Origin: the human T2T-CHM13v2.0 reference genome, Homo sapiens
Reading direction: 5' to 3' (one strand)
DNA length: 64,000 nucleotides
Assembly (NCBI RefSeq): GCF_009914755.1
Contig: NC_060928.1
Positions within the stretch are counted from its first letter, which is position 1. Each line of letters begins with the position of its first letter. The position numbers were made by a program, and so were the translations under genes. The notes below the pieces were generated by a model. That model ran no database searches. It was not told where the DNA came from and was given only the letters and a program-made list of their open reading frames with translations. This document shows, in pieces, positions 42,830-64,000 of this stretch.

Positions 42830-43605
42830 CATGCAGTGTTTTAAAACAGGTCTGCAGCCGGGCACGGTGGCTCACATCTGTAATCCCAGCACTTTGGGAG
42901 GCTGAGGTGGGCGGATCACGAGGTCAGGAGATCGAGACCATCCTGGCTAACTAAAAATACAAAAAATTAGCCGGGCATGGTGGCGGGTGCCTGTATTCCC
43001 AGCTACTCAGGAGGCTGAGGCAGAAGAATGGCGTGAACCCGGGAGGCGGAGCTTGCAGTGAGCCGAGATCACACCACTGCACTCCAGCCCGGGCGACAGA
43101 GCAAGACTCCGTTTTAAAAAAAAAAAAAAGAAAAAGAAAACAAACAAACAAAAAACAGGTCTGCAAATTCTTCGACACTCTTTCTACCAAAAGTTGGATC
43201 CATGTCCTCTGACCCTGAGCAGTCTGTGACTGCCTCCACAAACAGAATGTGGCAGAAGTGGTGCCAGCTTCTAAGGCAGGTCAGAAAACGCCACACAGCT
43301 ACTGCTATGCACGTACCTATGACTGCTGTGATTCTACCTACTCTGAGGCCACACACCATGTAGAGAGACCACATCAAGAGACACTTAGAAAAGTCCCAGC
43401 TGTTTGACTCTTCCCAGGCCAGGTGCTAGACATGTGAATGAAGACCCCAGCCCAAGCCATAGTCTGACTGTAGCTTTGCAAGACAACCCACGTGAGAAAT
43501 GCCTGGTGGAGCCTAGGCAACTCTCACATTTGTGAGCAAAATAAATGATTGTGTCTTTTAAAAACGACTGTTTTAGGGTAGTTTTTCACAAAGCAATATT
43601 GATAC
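42830..43605 (+). mobile_element. MLT1-type LTR split by an AluY (42856-43150)
   Basis: 'gcaaattcttcgacactc...gaatgtggcagaagtg'; Alu TSD aaaacaggtctgca. Confidence 0.8.
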
Positions 43606-43789
43606 TGAGGACAGGCCAATTCCTGGAAAAAGAGCAAAACCCTTCCCTGATCCTACAATGGGCTGGGAGATTGGGGAGAGAAGATTAGTCAATGAGAGAG
43701 GGAGGTTCCCTCAAACAAATATATTTCCCCTATCCCCCCCCCCAAAAAAAGATTCCAGGAAGAGAAGTAACAACATTCTTGCATTTGTA

Positions 43790-44400
43790 ATTCATATGCT
43801 GAGGACTTAATAAACAAGACAGTACTTGTTGGAGATAATTTTAAAGTGAGTGATAAGGGGAAAAAATCAACAAAGGTTATTTCCCAAGAAATGGAAAAAA
43901 TCCTCAAGAGTGAGGATTGTCTGGAAATATTTTTCTCACCTAAAACAAAAACTGGTACTGGTGTAAACAGGATGCCAGATGTGAAGAAAGCAGGCATGAT
44001 AGAATATTACTTTTACAATTATTTTATTCAAATTTATATTTTATTCAGATTAAAAACAATCAATATATGAATTCATAATCTATTTCTTGATACATCAGCA
44101 ATATGGACTTTACCAAAGATCATCTCATTAACTTGAGGAAAAATAAAATAAAACAGGATGAATTCAATTCATAAAAGTTGTGAAGAATCCTGATAGATTT
44201 TTGACAAGACAGTTTTTTTGACAAGGTAGAGTTCTACCTCATCTGGCTCCAATTCCAGTTGTTCCCACATATCTTTCCAAATCATGTTTTCAGCTTTGGT
44301 TGCCATTAAAACAAAACGGTGAAATTGTTGGGAAATAAAAAATAGCATATGTATTGCTATATCAAAGAAATGGCCACAATCTCAACTTAAACCAGTCTTC
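43790..44400 (+). mobile_element. hAT-Charlie transposase fossil (C-terminal part)
   Basis: 44264-44319 translates, with one frameshift, as PTYLSKS-FSALVAIKTKR, resembling the hAT dimerisation motif TYLCEXGFSXLXXIKTK. Confidence 0.65.
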
Positions 44401-44529
44401 CCATGAAAATTTACTCATAAATTCCATGCTTATAAAAAAGGGATAATAAAAGTGCTATTTTAAGAGGGTTTCATGAAGATTAAGAATGTTGCGAGCCCTG
44501 TGTGAGGATGGGCTTATTTAAAAATATTA

Positions 44530-44961
<432 letters not shown>

Positions 44962-45219
44962 TTATAATTGTTTATGGCAATATGACAATGTTTTGGCCAA
45001 GCAAAGATAAAAAGTGCAGGTTGGCATCTGGGAAGGAGCACATGTGCCCTCCTGGCCGGGATCTCTTTCCTCCTTTTTCCTCCTTCCTCCTGACTGAACA
45101 CAACAACTGCCCAGACACGGAAGACACATGTTAACTACATCAGTTATCCCTCCACCTTTCCCCAGCTACAGATGGGAAGTAGATACTTATCTTGTTTAAG
45201 CCACATAAAAAGAAAAAAA

Positions 45220-47372
<2,153 letters not shown>

Positions 47373-47799
47373 TCATTTCACTTTTCCCCCTATGACCCAA
47401 GATGGCTACAGCAGCTCCAATTATCATGAGCTCACATTACTATATCCAAAAGGAGTATACCTTATAAATTCAGGGAAACCAGACTCCCAGCAGACTTCCC
47501 TTGTGTATCACTATACCTGAACCAATCATTGGCAAGGGGAATGGAACTGACTTCAGGCTGAGCAACACTTACAGTTGCCCCTTGGGACTGAGGGGCACGT
47601 GAAACATACAAGCACTAAATGCCTAGATAAAATTAGCAAAAGAAAGAGAAGAATTACTAATAGGCACAATATCTGTTAGAAAGGCCAAGGGTATTAGATG
47701 GACAATCCACACAGATACTAAAATCATCCCAAATAAAAGAAGATCAGTAATAAAGTACAGGTACAAAATAAGATAGGGAATCAGCTTAAAAATGAATGA

Positions 47800-49900
47800 G
47801 AGGAAATGACCTCCCCTCTATTCTATGAAAAAAAAATCTAGACAATTTCTATGAAATTTCACAATGATGAAGATTTAAAATAATTTGAGAGGAATAAAAC
47901 ATGAATTAAGAATCTGACTAAAATCAGAAACTCTCAACTGTAGAAGACAGAGAGCACTGTCTGAAAAATTTCCAAAGTAAAATAATTTGGCTTAAACTTA
48001 TATATCCCAAATGATTAAACAAGTGAGAAGGCAGAATAAAGGCATGTCCAGGACATCATTTCGGGGAGTCCTTTAGCAAAACAAGGATGGAAACCAATGA
48101 AGTCTGACAAGAGATACAAAAGAAACAGTGGAAATAATCCAAGAGTAAAATGAAAAAGAAGTCCCAGAATGGCAGCTGTGCAGCAGGAATAGACAATAAT
48201 TCATCCCATTAACACAGAAAACTAGTGAGTTCCATGAAAGGAAAAAAGGAATGGATTATGTTCAAAAGACAGAATAATTAAGAAGCTGCCTTAATGACAG
48301 GAATGCATATTTCAATTAAAAATAAAAGACATACAACAGAAAACTGCAGCAGAATATTGCTGGTTGTATATCCACAGCCTTCCTCCCTTATGCCTTGCTA
48401 AAGAGATTCAATTTTTTTTTTTTTTTTGGTCACCTGATTTCCTAAGCACCTGATTAGGAGCCCCTCCCCCAGACCCATGGGATGAATCCCACAGGTCTGA
48501 AGTAATCCTGAAAATCCCATTCTCCTTTGCCAGTGATTGGTTTAAACCAACGAAACATACAGGAAAGTCATCTGGGAAGCTTCTTGAAAGACTTTCCTCA
48601 ATGATAAGATGAGAGATCTGATGCGGGGTGTGGGGGATTTGCCATAAAGAAGGTTATTGGGCAAATAGTGAATGTGAATATGGACTATATACTGGACAAT
48701 AGTATTATATCGTAGTGGATGTGGAGGTGCACCACTCACATCCAAAAGACTCACTGGCAGGTGTGAGAAGGATGGGTAAACTGAGAGCTCTAGCTGTTAG
48801 CTTTATTTATGTTGGCATTAGTTTTCAAAAGACTTGCACATTCTTTGGACAGCCTCCAGCTATCTTATAACTAAGAAAGGTAGTGGTATAGACCAATTTC
48901 TGCCCAATGAGAAGCTCCTCTAATGAACCATCTTGACTCCGGATCTGCCCCTGGAGCTGGCCCCTGGAGCTGGCAGACAAAGTATAATCACAATCTGATA
49001 GTCTCATCTGTCCAACCCTGCTTCCTCCTTTTACTTTTGTGCAATTGTAATTCTGCCTTGGCATTTGCTTCAACAATTAACAATGAATGTTACATTTCCT
49101 GAATTTAATCATCGTTCCATGAATGATCACATTGATAAAGTCCTTTTTCTCTGGTGATATGTGCTGAAGTATTTAAGGTAAAGAGTCATGATATCTGTAA
49201 GTCTCTCAAAAGATTCACCAAGATAAAAACTCTAGATATACATCCAGTTATATAGGCAAAGATAAAGAAAAAAGCAACATGATAAAATGTTTATAACTGA
49301 TGAATATAGGTGAAAGCTAGACAAGAGTTCACATTACTATTGTCACAACTTTTCTGTAAGTTTTAAAGTTTTTCAAAAGTATGTTTACAAAAGGGGAAGA
49401 TCCAGAAGCAGCAGCCCCCACCTTCTATTCCCTTCTTCCTGCCTTTTAGCACAATGTGAGAAACAGATGCTGGGAGCTGCAGCAGCTACTAGCAGTAAGA
49501 GAAGGCCAGGGAAATCAGGTGGCGCCTATCGTTGGAGTCCGTTAATTGCAGCCAAAAACAACTGAAATGATTAGGTGGTTGAGGGGTCGGGGGGAGTGAG
49601 CAGGGCAGAAGGGGAGGAGGAATTATTCAAGAACGTCATAATTCAAGTGTGGAAAAAAACATGACATGATTTTTAACAACTGATGGATTGCAGGGAAAGA
49701 AAATCCACTGACCTTGCTAATAAGAGATCTTCTTTCTATTGGCACGGGATCATGACATTAAACAAGTAGAGAAGGATGTGCCTAAAACTTACTACTCAGC
49801 TCTACAATGAGTATTTACATAAAAAATTTAGGCTCAATATAAAAATAAAGCACCAGTGACTTCAAAGTTACAGAAGTCATGTTTACAAGCTTGTCAGTAT
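47800..49900. mobile_element. Mosaic of old L1ME and ERVL (LTR16/33-like) fragments
   Basis: L1ME-type 3' 'gtgctgaagtatttaagg...gatatctgtaagtctctcaaa'; LTR-like 'cccattctcctttgccagtgattggttta'. Confidence 0.45.
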
Positions 49901-50014
49901 AAAAGGTACAACTGAGAGAAGTTAGGGGGGAAGGTGGAGAAAAGAAGGATTTCAATTTGAGTCCCTTCACAAGACTAGGAATCTCCTCTGAACATATTCT
50001 AGGTGACTCATTTT

Positions 50015-51235
50015 TTAACTGTTGTTATTGCAATATAATTCATATACCATAAAATTCACCAATTTAATCATCATTTTAATTGGGCTCTTTATCTTTTTAT
50101 TACTGAGTTGTAAGAGTTTTCTCGGTACAAGTCCCTTATTAGATATGATTTGCAAATATTTTCTCCCATTTTCACTTTCTTGATAGTCTCCCTTTGAAGC
50201 ACAAAAGTTTTTAATTCTGATGAAATCCAATTTATGTCTAATATTTAATCTTCTGTTGTCTGTGCTTTTGGTGTCTTATTTAAGAAAGTTTTGCCTAACC
50301 CAAAGTCAACCAAGATTTGCTCATATTTTTTAAGAACTTTATAATTTTAACTTTCTCATTTAGGTCTATGATCCATTTTGTTCATTTTTATGTATGGTAT
50401 GAGAAAATAACCCAAATTCATTCTTTTGCATGTGGAAATCCAGATGTCTCAGTATCGTTTGTTGAACAGATCCCGCATTTCCCCCACTGAATTGTCTTGG
50501 TGCCCTTGCCCAAAAAAAATGTTTAGTTAAAAAAAATTCAAGGGACCATAAATGTAAAGACTTATTTGTAAACTCTCAATACTATTTAATTAATCTATAT
50601 GTATTGACACTTTTTAAAAACTAAGGTAAAATCCACTAACCATCTTAAAGTGTGCAATTGAGTGGCATTAAGTACATGCATTATATTTTACAACCAACAC
50701 CTCTATCTCTTTCCAAAACATTTTCATCACCCCAAAAGGAAACCCCATACACATACTAAGCAGTCACCATTCTTCCTTGTTGCTGGTAACCACACCACAA
50801 ATTTGTGTCTCTATGGATTTACCTGTTGTGGATACTTCATATCAATGGCATCATACAATATGTGATTTTTTTTTAAAGGTTCATGCACTTTATAATAGTT
50901 AGTACTTCATTTTTATGGCTGAATAATACTCCATTGCATGGACATACCATATTTCGGTTATTCATTCATCAGCTGATGGACATTTGGGTTGTTTCTACAT
51001 TTTAGCTAACGTAAATAAGGGTTGCTATAAACATTCATGTACAAGTGTTTGTTTGAATACCTGTTTTCAGTTATCTGGGAGTATATACCTAGGGTAGAAT
51101 ATTTGAGTCATATGACAATTTCACATTCAACTGAGAAGCCACCCAACTGTCTTCCACAGCATGTGCACCACTCTCCATTCCCACAAGCAATGTGTAAGGT
51201 TCCAATTTCTCCATATCTTCATTCACACTTGTGAT
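50015..51235 (-). mobile_element. L1MB-type antisense fragments
   Basis: 'atatgatttgcaaatattttctccc', 'ttcatcagctgatggacatttgggttgtttc'. Confidence 0.8.
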
Positions 51236-51254
51236 TTTCTGGGGTTTTTTTGGG

Positions 51255-51531
<277 letters not shown>

Positions 51532-51539
51532 TGAATCGT

Positions 51540-52240
51540 TTTCAATTGTGACAACTGGAACTGAACACAATACCCTGGGTGTAGCATTGTGTACAGAACT
51601 GTGTACATTGCAGAATAATGTAAGACTAGCACTCTCCCTCTTCTCAACCTCCTCCTTCTATTAGTCTAGACTATGATTCTGTGAAGCCATCTGGTAGTCA
51701 CATGTTATATCCAAATTGAGTTTATTAATTAAAATATTGACGTTGTTTATATTCAGTCACATCTCCCTCACCCTTGTAACTGTGCAGTTGGTTTTTTAAC
51801 CCATGTATGAAACTTCACATCCAGCTCCACACTAAGTTATCCCATTAGCCATGGCCCACTATTTCACTCAGAAATACTATTTCCATTAAGTTAACCCTAG
51901 AAAATTCATTTCTTCCAGAAATTTGATACACATAGCCTCAACATTTTCATTCACATCATTACAAAAAATAGACAGTGAATTTCCACATGCCACTAGAAAT
52001 TTCTCTCCAGTTGTCACCAATTCATTACTCATTAACTTTTGAGGTATGCCTCAACCAATCACATTTCTACCTAATTGTATGGTCATCCAGCCAACATTAT
52101 TCAGCTGACATTATCCCCCTTGTCAGAGAGAAACGTTGCAAAATCTCCAGCTGAAATCCAGTTATACTGTACCTTATATGTTCTCCTGACCCACACTCTA
52201 ATAATCCTCTCTAAAAACAAGGCTAACCTAATTGTCTTTA
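51540..52240 (-). mobile_element. L3/CR1 LINE fragment
   Basis: CR1-type antisense RT phrases 'gaactgaacacaatacc', 'gtcatccagcc', 'gctgaaatccag'. Confidence 0.6.
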
Positions 52241-52538
52241 TTGAGGCCATGTGATACTTTTCTTTAAAAATGTAATCAAAGCCAATGTTTTTGGTACATA
52301 AAGCACAATGACCTTAGATTAGATCATACTAGGCTTCAAAACATACTGAGATTTTTATTCCAACATTAAAATAAAAAAAACAGTATGTATCACTCAAGGC
52401 AACACAAGGAACTATCTCATGCATTCTACTTGAGACTATCAAGACAAATGTGTCAATTTATTGCAACTTAAGTTTATAATTTGTTTAAATTCTACAAGTC
52501 TGTCCTCAACATCAAAAATTCAATTAAAAAAAAAAAAG

Positions 52539-52837
52539 AGGCCAGGTTTGGTGGCTTATGCCACCAAATCCCAGAACTTTGGGAGGCCGAGGGAAGAGAA
52601 CTGCTTGAGCCCAGGAATTTGAAAACAGCCTGGGCAACACAGGGAGACCTCATCTCTATAAAAAATGAAAAATTAGCCATGCGTGGTGGCACATGCCTGT
52701 AGTCCCAGGTGCTCAGGAGGCCGAGGCGGGAAGAATTGGTTGAGCTGGGAGGTCAAGGCTGCAGTGAGCCAAGATTGCACCACCACACTCTAACCTAGGC
52801 AACAGAGCAAGACTTTGTCTCAAAAAAAAAAAAAAAA
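52539..52837 (+). mobile_element. AluJ
   Basis: Full Alu with A tail. Confidence 0.9.
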
Positions 52838-53264
52838 GGTTCCCCCATGTGTTTCCCAAAATACAATTTAATTGGTAAACTTTTGTTTCCAATAATGTAG
52901 ATTTTATTAAAACCAATTTCCGTAATTCCTTTAAGAGCACATTCCTCACTCAAATCACTCTCACAACACTGTCAGATATTGTTCCAGTCTAAAATGACCT
53001 CTATTTTGCCCTTCCTGTGATACCTACTGTCTCTGCCACTCACTCTGACACTAAGCCATCTGTTGTTTGGTATTTGTTGCTTGTTAACTGTCTGATAATT
53101 TGCTAATTGTCTACAATTGGATCCTTCAGAGAAGTGACCCCTCTCATACTATTCTAACTTTACCACAACCAACATAGTGTTTATTAGAAGACACGCACTC
53201 AAATACTTACAGTAATTTATATCAAATATAATAAATCCAATGAAGAATTAAAATTGACAGGAGA

Positions 53265-53535
<271 letters not shown>

Positions 53536-53738
53536 CTAAGGTGAAAAATCATCTGATACCTCTGAAGACATTTAAGGTTGTCTAGTTCATCTGGGTGACT
53601 GTAGTGTGGTGACTAATAGGGAAAGCAGGCTCAAGCTGAGGACTCCCCAAGACAAGGCAGCTCTGTGCATATTCCAAGGTAGTGGGAAAGAAAAAGAAAC
53701 AGAAATGAACTGAAAATGAAAGGTGAAGAAAAATGTAA

Positions 53739-55834
<2,096 letters not shown>

Positions 55835-55994
55835 AAAGAAACAGGCTTCTGAGGCTCAAGTGAAAAGAAAATGGACACCTTTTTCTCACAAAAAGGAAAA
55901 CTAGATGTGTTGTAGCAGACAAGGGTTAAGGTTAGCAGGTTGTGTTAAGAAATAAAATGTTTATTTAGCTACCAATATGTATGTTGTAGGCACT

Positions 55995-56558
55995 ATACCA
56001 GTTTCCCATTGCTGCTGTAAAAATGTACTACAAATGTAGTGGCTTTAAACAGCACACATTTATTATCTTACAGTTTTGGAGGTCGGAAGTCCAAAACAGG
56101 TCTCACAGCTAAATTCAAGATGTCAGCAGCTAAGAATCCGTTTTCTTGGCTTTAGAAGTTTAGAGGGTGCCCCACTTCCTTCACTCAGGGATGCCTGCCT
56201 GATTTTTTGAATTTATTTTTGTAAGATGAGGGCTCACTGTGTTGCCCAGGCTGGTCTCAAACTCCTGGGCTCAAAGGATCCTTCCGCCTCGGCCTCCCAA
56301 AGTGCTGGGATTCCAGGTGTGAGCAACCTGCGTCTGGTCTTGCTGGTTCTGACTCTTCTGCTTCCACTTTTCAGGACCCCTGTGATGACATTAGGCCCAG
56401 CCAGTAATCCAGGCTAACCCCCCTATTACAAGGTCAGCTGATTAGCAACTTCAATTCCATCTGGTGCCTTCATTCCTTCTGCCATGGAACATAACATGCA
56501 CAGGTTCTAGGGATTAGGGTGTGGACATCTTTGGAGGGCTCCTATTCTGCCTAGCACA
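55995..56558 (-). mobile_element. MLT1C/D-type LTR containing an antisense Alu monomer (about 56195-56338)
   Basis: 'cacacatttattatcttacagttttggaggtcggaagtcc', 'ggttctagggattagggtgtggacatctttgg'. Confidence 0.8.
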
Positions 56559-56756
56559 AGCACTATGTTATGTGCATCCTTTACATCTTATTTGATCCTC
56601 ACAACTCTAAAGGAATTTTTTTTCCCTCATTTTATATATGTAGAATCTAAGGCTACCCATGGTATTTTTGGAGACTTTAAATAACTTGACCTGAAGTACA
56701 ACAGAACCAAGATTCAGAGACTCCACCCTTCATCAGTCTATTTCTGAAGCCCTCAC

Positions 56757-57566
<810 letters not shown>

Positions 57567-57592
57567 ACCCTCGCTACTCTCTATTATTACTC

Positions 57593-57617
57593 TGTCTGTG
57601 TGTGTGTGTGTGTGTGT
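57593..57617. repeat. (TG)n microsatellite
   Basis: Seen directly. Confidence 0.9.
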
Positions 57618-57879
57618 TGAAGAGGAAATATACAAAAAGTAAGGATCTTCTTGCTTTCTACTTCAACCAAAACCACTTTCTCCTTCTGTCTCCTTATATT
57701 TGAGATCCCTGTGTATAATTTTGTTTGAAAAAAATAATTTTACATTTCTACTTTTCACCATGCTATATTCCATGTAGGCTTTGGTGAATGAGAAGAGGCC
57801 ATATATTAAGAAACAAGGGTAAAATTATGTGAAAAGGTGACACAGATGTGACTATCCAACATATTTATATAAAATCGTG

Positions 57880-58495
57880 GGTGCATAATGATGTTACATC
57901 AACGACTGATTATAATTGGTCCCACAAGATTATAATGAAGCTGAAAACTTCCTATAGCCTAGTGACACTGTAGCCATAGTAACGTCAAAAGGCAATGCAC
58001 TACTCATGTGTCTGAGGTAATGCTGATATAAACAAATCTCTGCACTGCCAGTCATATAAAAGTGTCCAGTAATATCCTAGGCCCTCAGATTCACTTCACC
58101 ACTCACTTACTAACTCACCCAGAACAACTTCTACTCCTGTAAACTCCATTCATAAGTGCCCTATATAGGTTTTTTAATCTTTTATGCCCTATGTCTACTG
58201 TACTTTTCTTTGTTTAGATACAAGAAAGTATCTAAACATAGAAAAGTATCTAGACGAGTAAGTATCTAAACATAGAAATACTTATTTGTTACAATTGCCT
58301 ACAATGTTCAGTACAGTAACATGGTGTAAAGGTTTGTAGCCTAGGAGCAAGAGACTATATCATACAGCCTAGATGTGTAGCAGGCTGTACCATCTTGGTT
58401 TTGAGTAAGTACATTCTATGATGTTCGCACAATGACAAAAGTCACTAAGGACACATTTCTCAGAATGTATCCCCATTGTTAGGCGTATGGCTACA
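57880..58495 (+). mobile_element. Tigger3/Golem-type DNA transposon
   Basis: 'ggtcccacaagattataatgaagctgaaaa', 'ggtttgtagcctaggagcaa', 'catttctcagaatgtatcccc'. Confidence 0.85.
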
Positions 58496-58499
58496 TCTC

Positions 58500-58805
58500 T
58501 ACCCAAAGTGATGACAGGAGGTGGGACCTTTAGGAAGTAATCAGGTTATGAGGGTAGATTCCTCATGAATAGGATTAGTGCCCAGGAGAGGCAAGAGAGC
58601 TAACTAGCTCTCTTTCCACCAAGTGAGGATGCACAGAGAAGTCCAAAGTCTGCAACCTGGAGGAGGGTCCTCACCAGCATCCAACCATGCTGGCATGCAG
58701 ATCTCAGAATTCCAGCTGCCAGAACTATGAGAAATTAATTTCTATTGTTTATGAACCATGAAGTCTAAGGTACTTCGTTATTGCAGCCAGAACTGATGAA
58801 GACAT
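58500..58805 (+). mobile_element. MLT1A-type LTR, partial
   Basis: 'ccctcaccag'-type core 'gggtcctcaccagcatccaaccatgctggc', 'gttattgcagccagaactga'. Confidence 0.8.
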
Positions 58806-59174
58806 TCCCCAAAGTGTAATATATTGGCTTAGATATTATGAACATTTTAACATATCTTGACACATAGAGCCTATTGTTTTGCAGGATCCCATCAACCATA
58901 TGTGAATGTATGAACATCCTTCTTAAAAAAATGATTGCTGGGGTAATATAACTGACTTCCAAGTGTCTCTTCTCCTCTAATAATGAACTCTTGTGTTGCT
59001 TCTTGGCCTATTCCTAAACACTTGGGTAACAATAAATTCTATTTTTAATGTCCCTAAGGAAAGGTTACAGACACAGGATGGAAATCAGGGGAGGGTATGT
59101 GACAGATGGCAGAAGCTTTGGTGTTGAGGTGATTGGCAAATGTCTTTGATGTAACTTATACCTCTAAAGGAGCC

Positions 59175-59290
59175 ATTTTTAATCTTTCTTGTGTGCTGGG
59201 CCCTGCTCTGAGAATCTGATGAAAACCACAAACCTCTCACTGGAAAAATGCACATGAACACACACTAAAATTTTTCATACAACTTATTTT
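59175..59290. mobile_element. MER103-like hAT fragment
   Basis: 'tgagaatctgatgaaaacc...cctctc..gaaaaatgcaca'. Confidence 0.55.
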
Positions 59291-59667
59291 ATTGGATTTT
59301 AAATTGATCACCATCACATACCATATAAAACCAGTCTTTGCAAGGATTTTTGCATGTCTCATTTTTAGTTTTGTGCCAAAAGTTGCTCTATCCAGGAATA
59401 AAATCCAAAGTATACAATAAAACAAATCAAACTTTAATTATTTTCAACAAAAATATATCAAAATAATGATGACTCTGGCTATGTGACTTCTGGCATAAAA
59501 GCATGGTTCTAGGAAAAGACCCAACCTTTTATACTATTCTCCAGGGAAAGCTAGGAAAAATACAGGTGTTAAACAGAGACAAGGCTCAGGTCCTAATAGT
59601 AAAGAAAGAATTATGTTGACTGAATTTAATGACTTTCCCCAAACAACAATATTTTATATTTGTACAG

Positions 59668-59698
<31 letters not shown>

Positions 59699-59747
59699 GA
59701 TATGGTTTCAGAAATTGAGAGATTTTAGATAAATTTAAATACTTGGA

Positions 59748-60040
<293 letters not shown>

Positions 60041-60209
60041 ACTTGGAAAAAAAAGTCACATCAGACCTATGTTCCTAATACTTAATCATTCAAAATGTAT
60101 TAAATTCAAAGTGGAGTACATGTACCCCTTAAAAGTAAGATGATCAAGGCAATGAGTAAAGAAAATCCTAGAGGATTACATGTATTTGTTATCTTAAAGT
60201 TAAAATTTG

Positions 60210-63539
<3,330 letters not shown>

Positions 63540-63560
<21 letters not shown>

Positions 63561-63625
63561 TATATATTATATATTTTATATATTATATATAAAATATACA
63601 TTGTATTATATAATAAATATATATC
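63540..63625. repeat. AT-rich low-complexity tract
   Basis: Degenerate (TA)n. Confidence 0.8.
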
Positions 63626-63628
63626 CAC

Positions 63629-64000
63629 TGTATTAGTCTGTTCTCACACTGCTAGAAGACATATCTGAGACTGGGTAAGTTATAGAGAAGAGATATTTAA
63701 GGCTTATAATTCTGCAAGCTGTACAGGTTTCTGCTTCTGGGTAAGCCTTAGGAAACTTACAATCATGGCAGAAGGTGAAGAGGAAGCACGCACCGCCTTC
63801 ACATGGCCAGTAGGAGAGAGAGAGGGAAGGGGGATGTGCTACACACTTTCAAAGGACAACAGCCAGATCTTCTGAGAACTCGCTCACTATCACAAGAAGA
63901 GCAAGGGGGAAATCTGACCGAATGATCCAATCACCTCCCACCAAGTCCCTCCCCCAACACTGGGGATTACAATTCGACATGAGATTTGGGTGGGGACACA
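63629..64000 (-). mobile_element. MSTA-type MaLR LTR, runs off the window
   Basis: 'tgtattagtctgttctcacactgct...ggaaacttacaatcatggcagaaggtgaag...gagatttgggtggggacaca'. Confidence 0.9.

Noticed and set aside
42940-42960. About 20-nt deletion in AluY (ctggctaa|ctaaaaatac), and similar ones near 33700 and 51345
   Set aside because: Small microhomology-flanked deletions typical of neutral decay.

Overview
Human genomic DNA; the species call rests on an L1HS-Ta insertion. The window is dominated by interspersed repeats and looks like intronic sequence of a gene on the minus strand: nearly all L1s and most LTRs lie on +, and there is one well-formed minus-strand exon candidate at 7077-7256, whose host gene I cannot name. 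I found no intact protein-coding gene; the supplied ORFs are largely L1 fragments and Alu read-through. Main contents: a full-length but broken L1PA3-type element (7632-13843); a near full-length ancient L1MC (about 23788-38745) hosting an internally deleted L1PA6/7, a 5'-inverted L1HS-Ta, an MST LTR and eight Alus; two 5'-truncated L1PA4/5; more than 30 Alus; MaLR/ERVL LTRs; Tigger and hAT fossils; L2, L3 and MIR; a 3'-truncated U2 pseudogene; and an intronless retrocopy of a KRAB-only gene resembling KRBOX1 (about 62785-63520). I see no evidence of a new multi-gene system. The best leads are the KRAB retrocopy, an L1 antisense promoter 375 bp upstream of the exon, a 490-bp locally templated insertion, and several fold-back repair-like scars. 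Subfamily names come from remembered consensus sequences and need RepeatMasker/Dfam confirmation; boundaries of old repeats are approximate.
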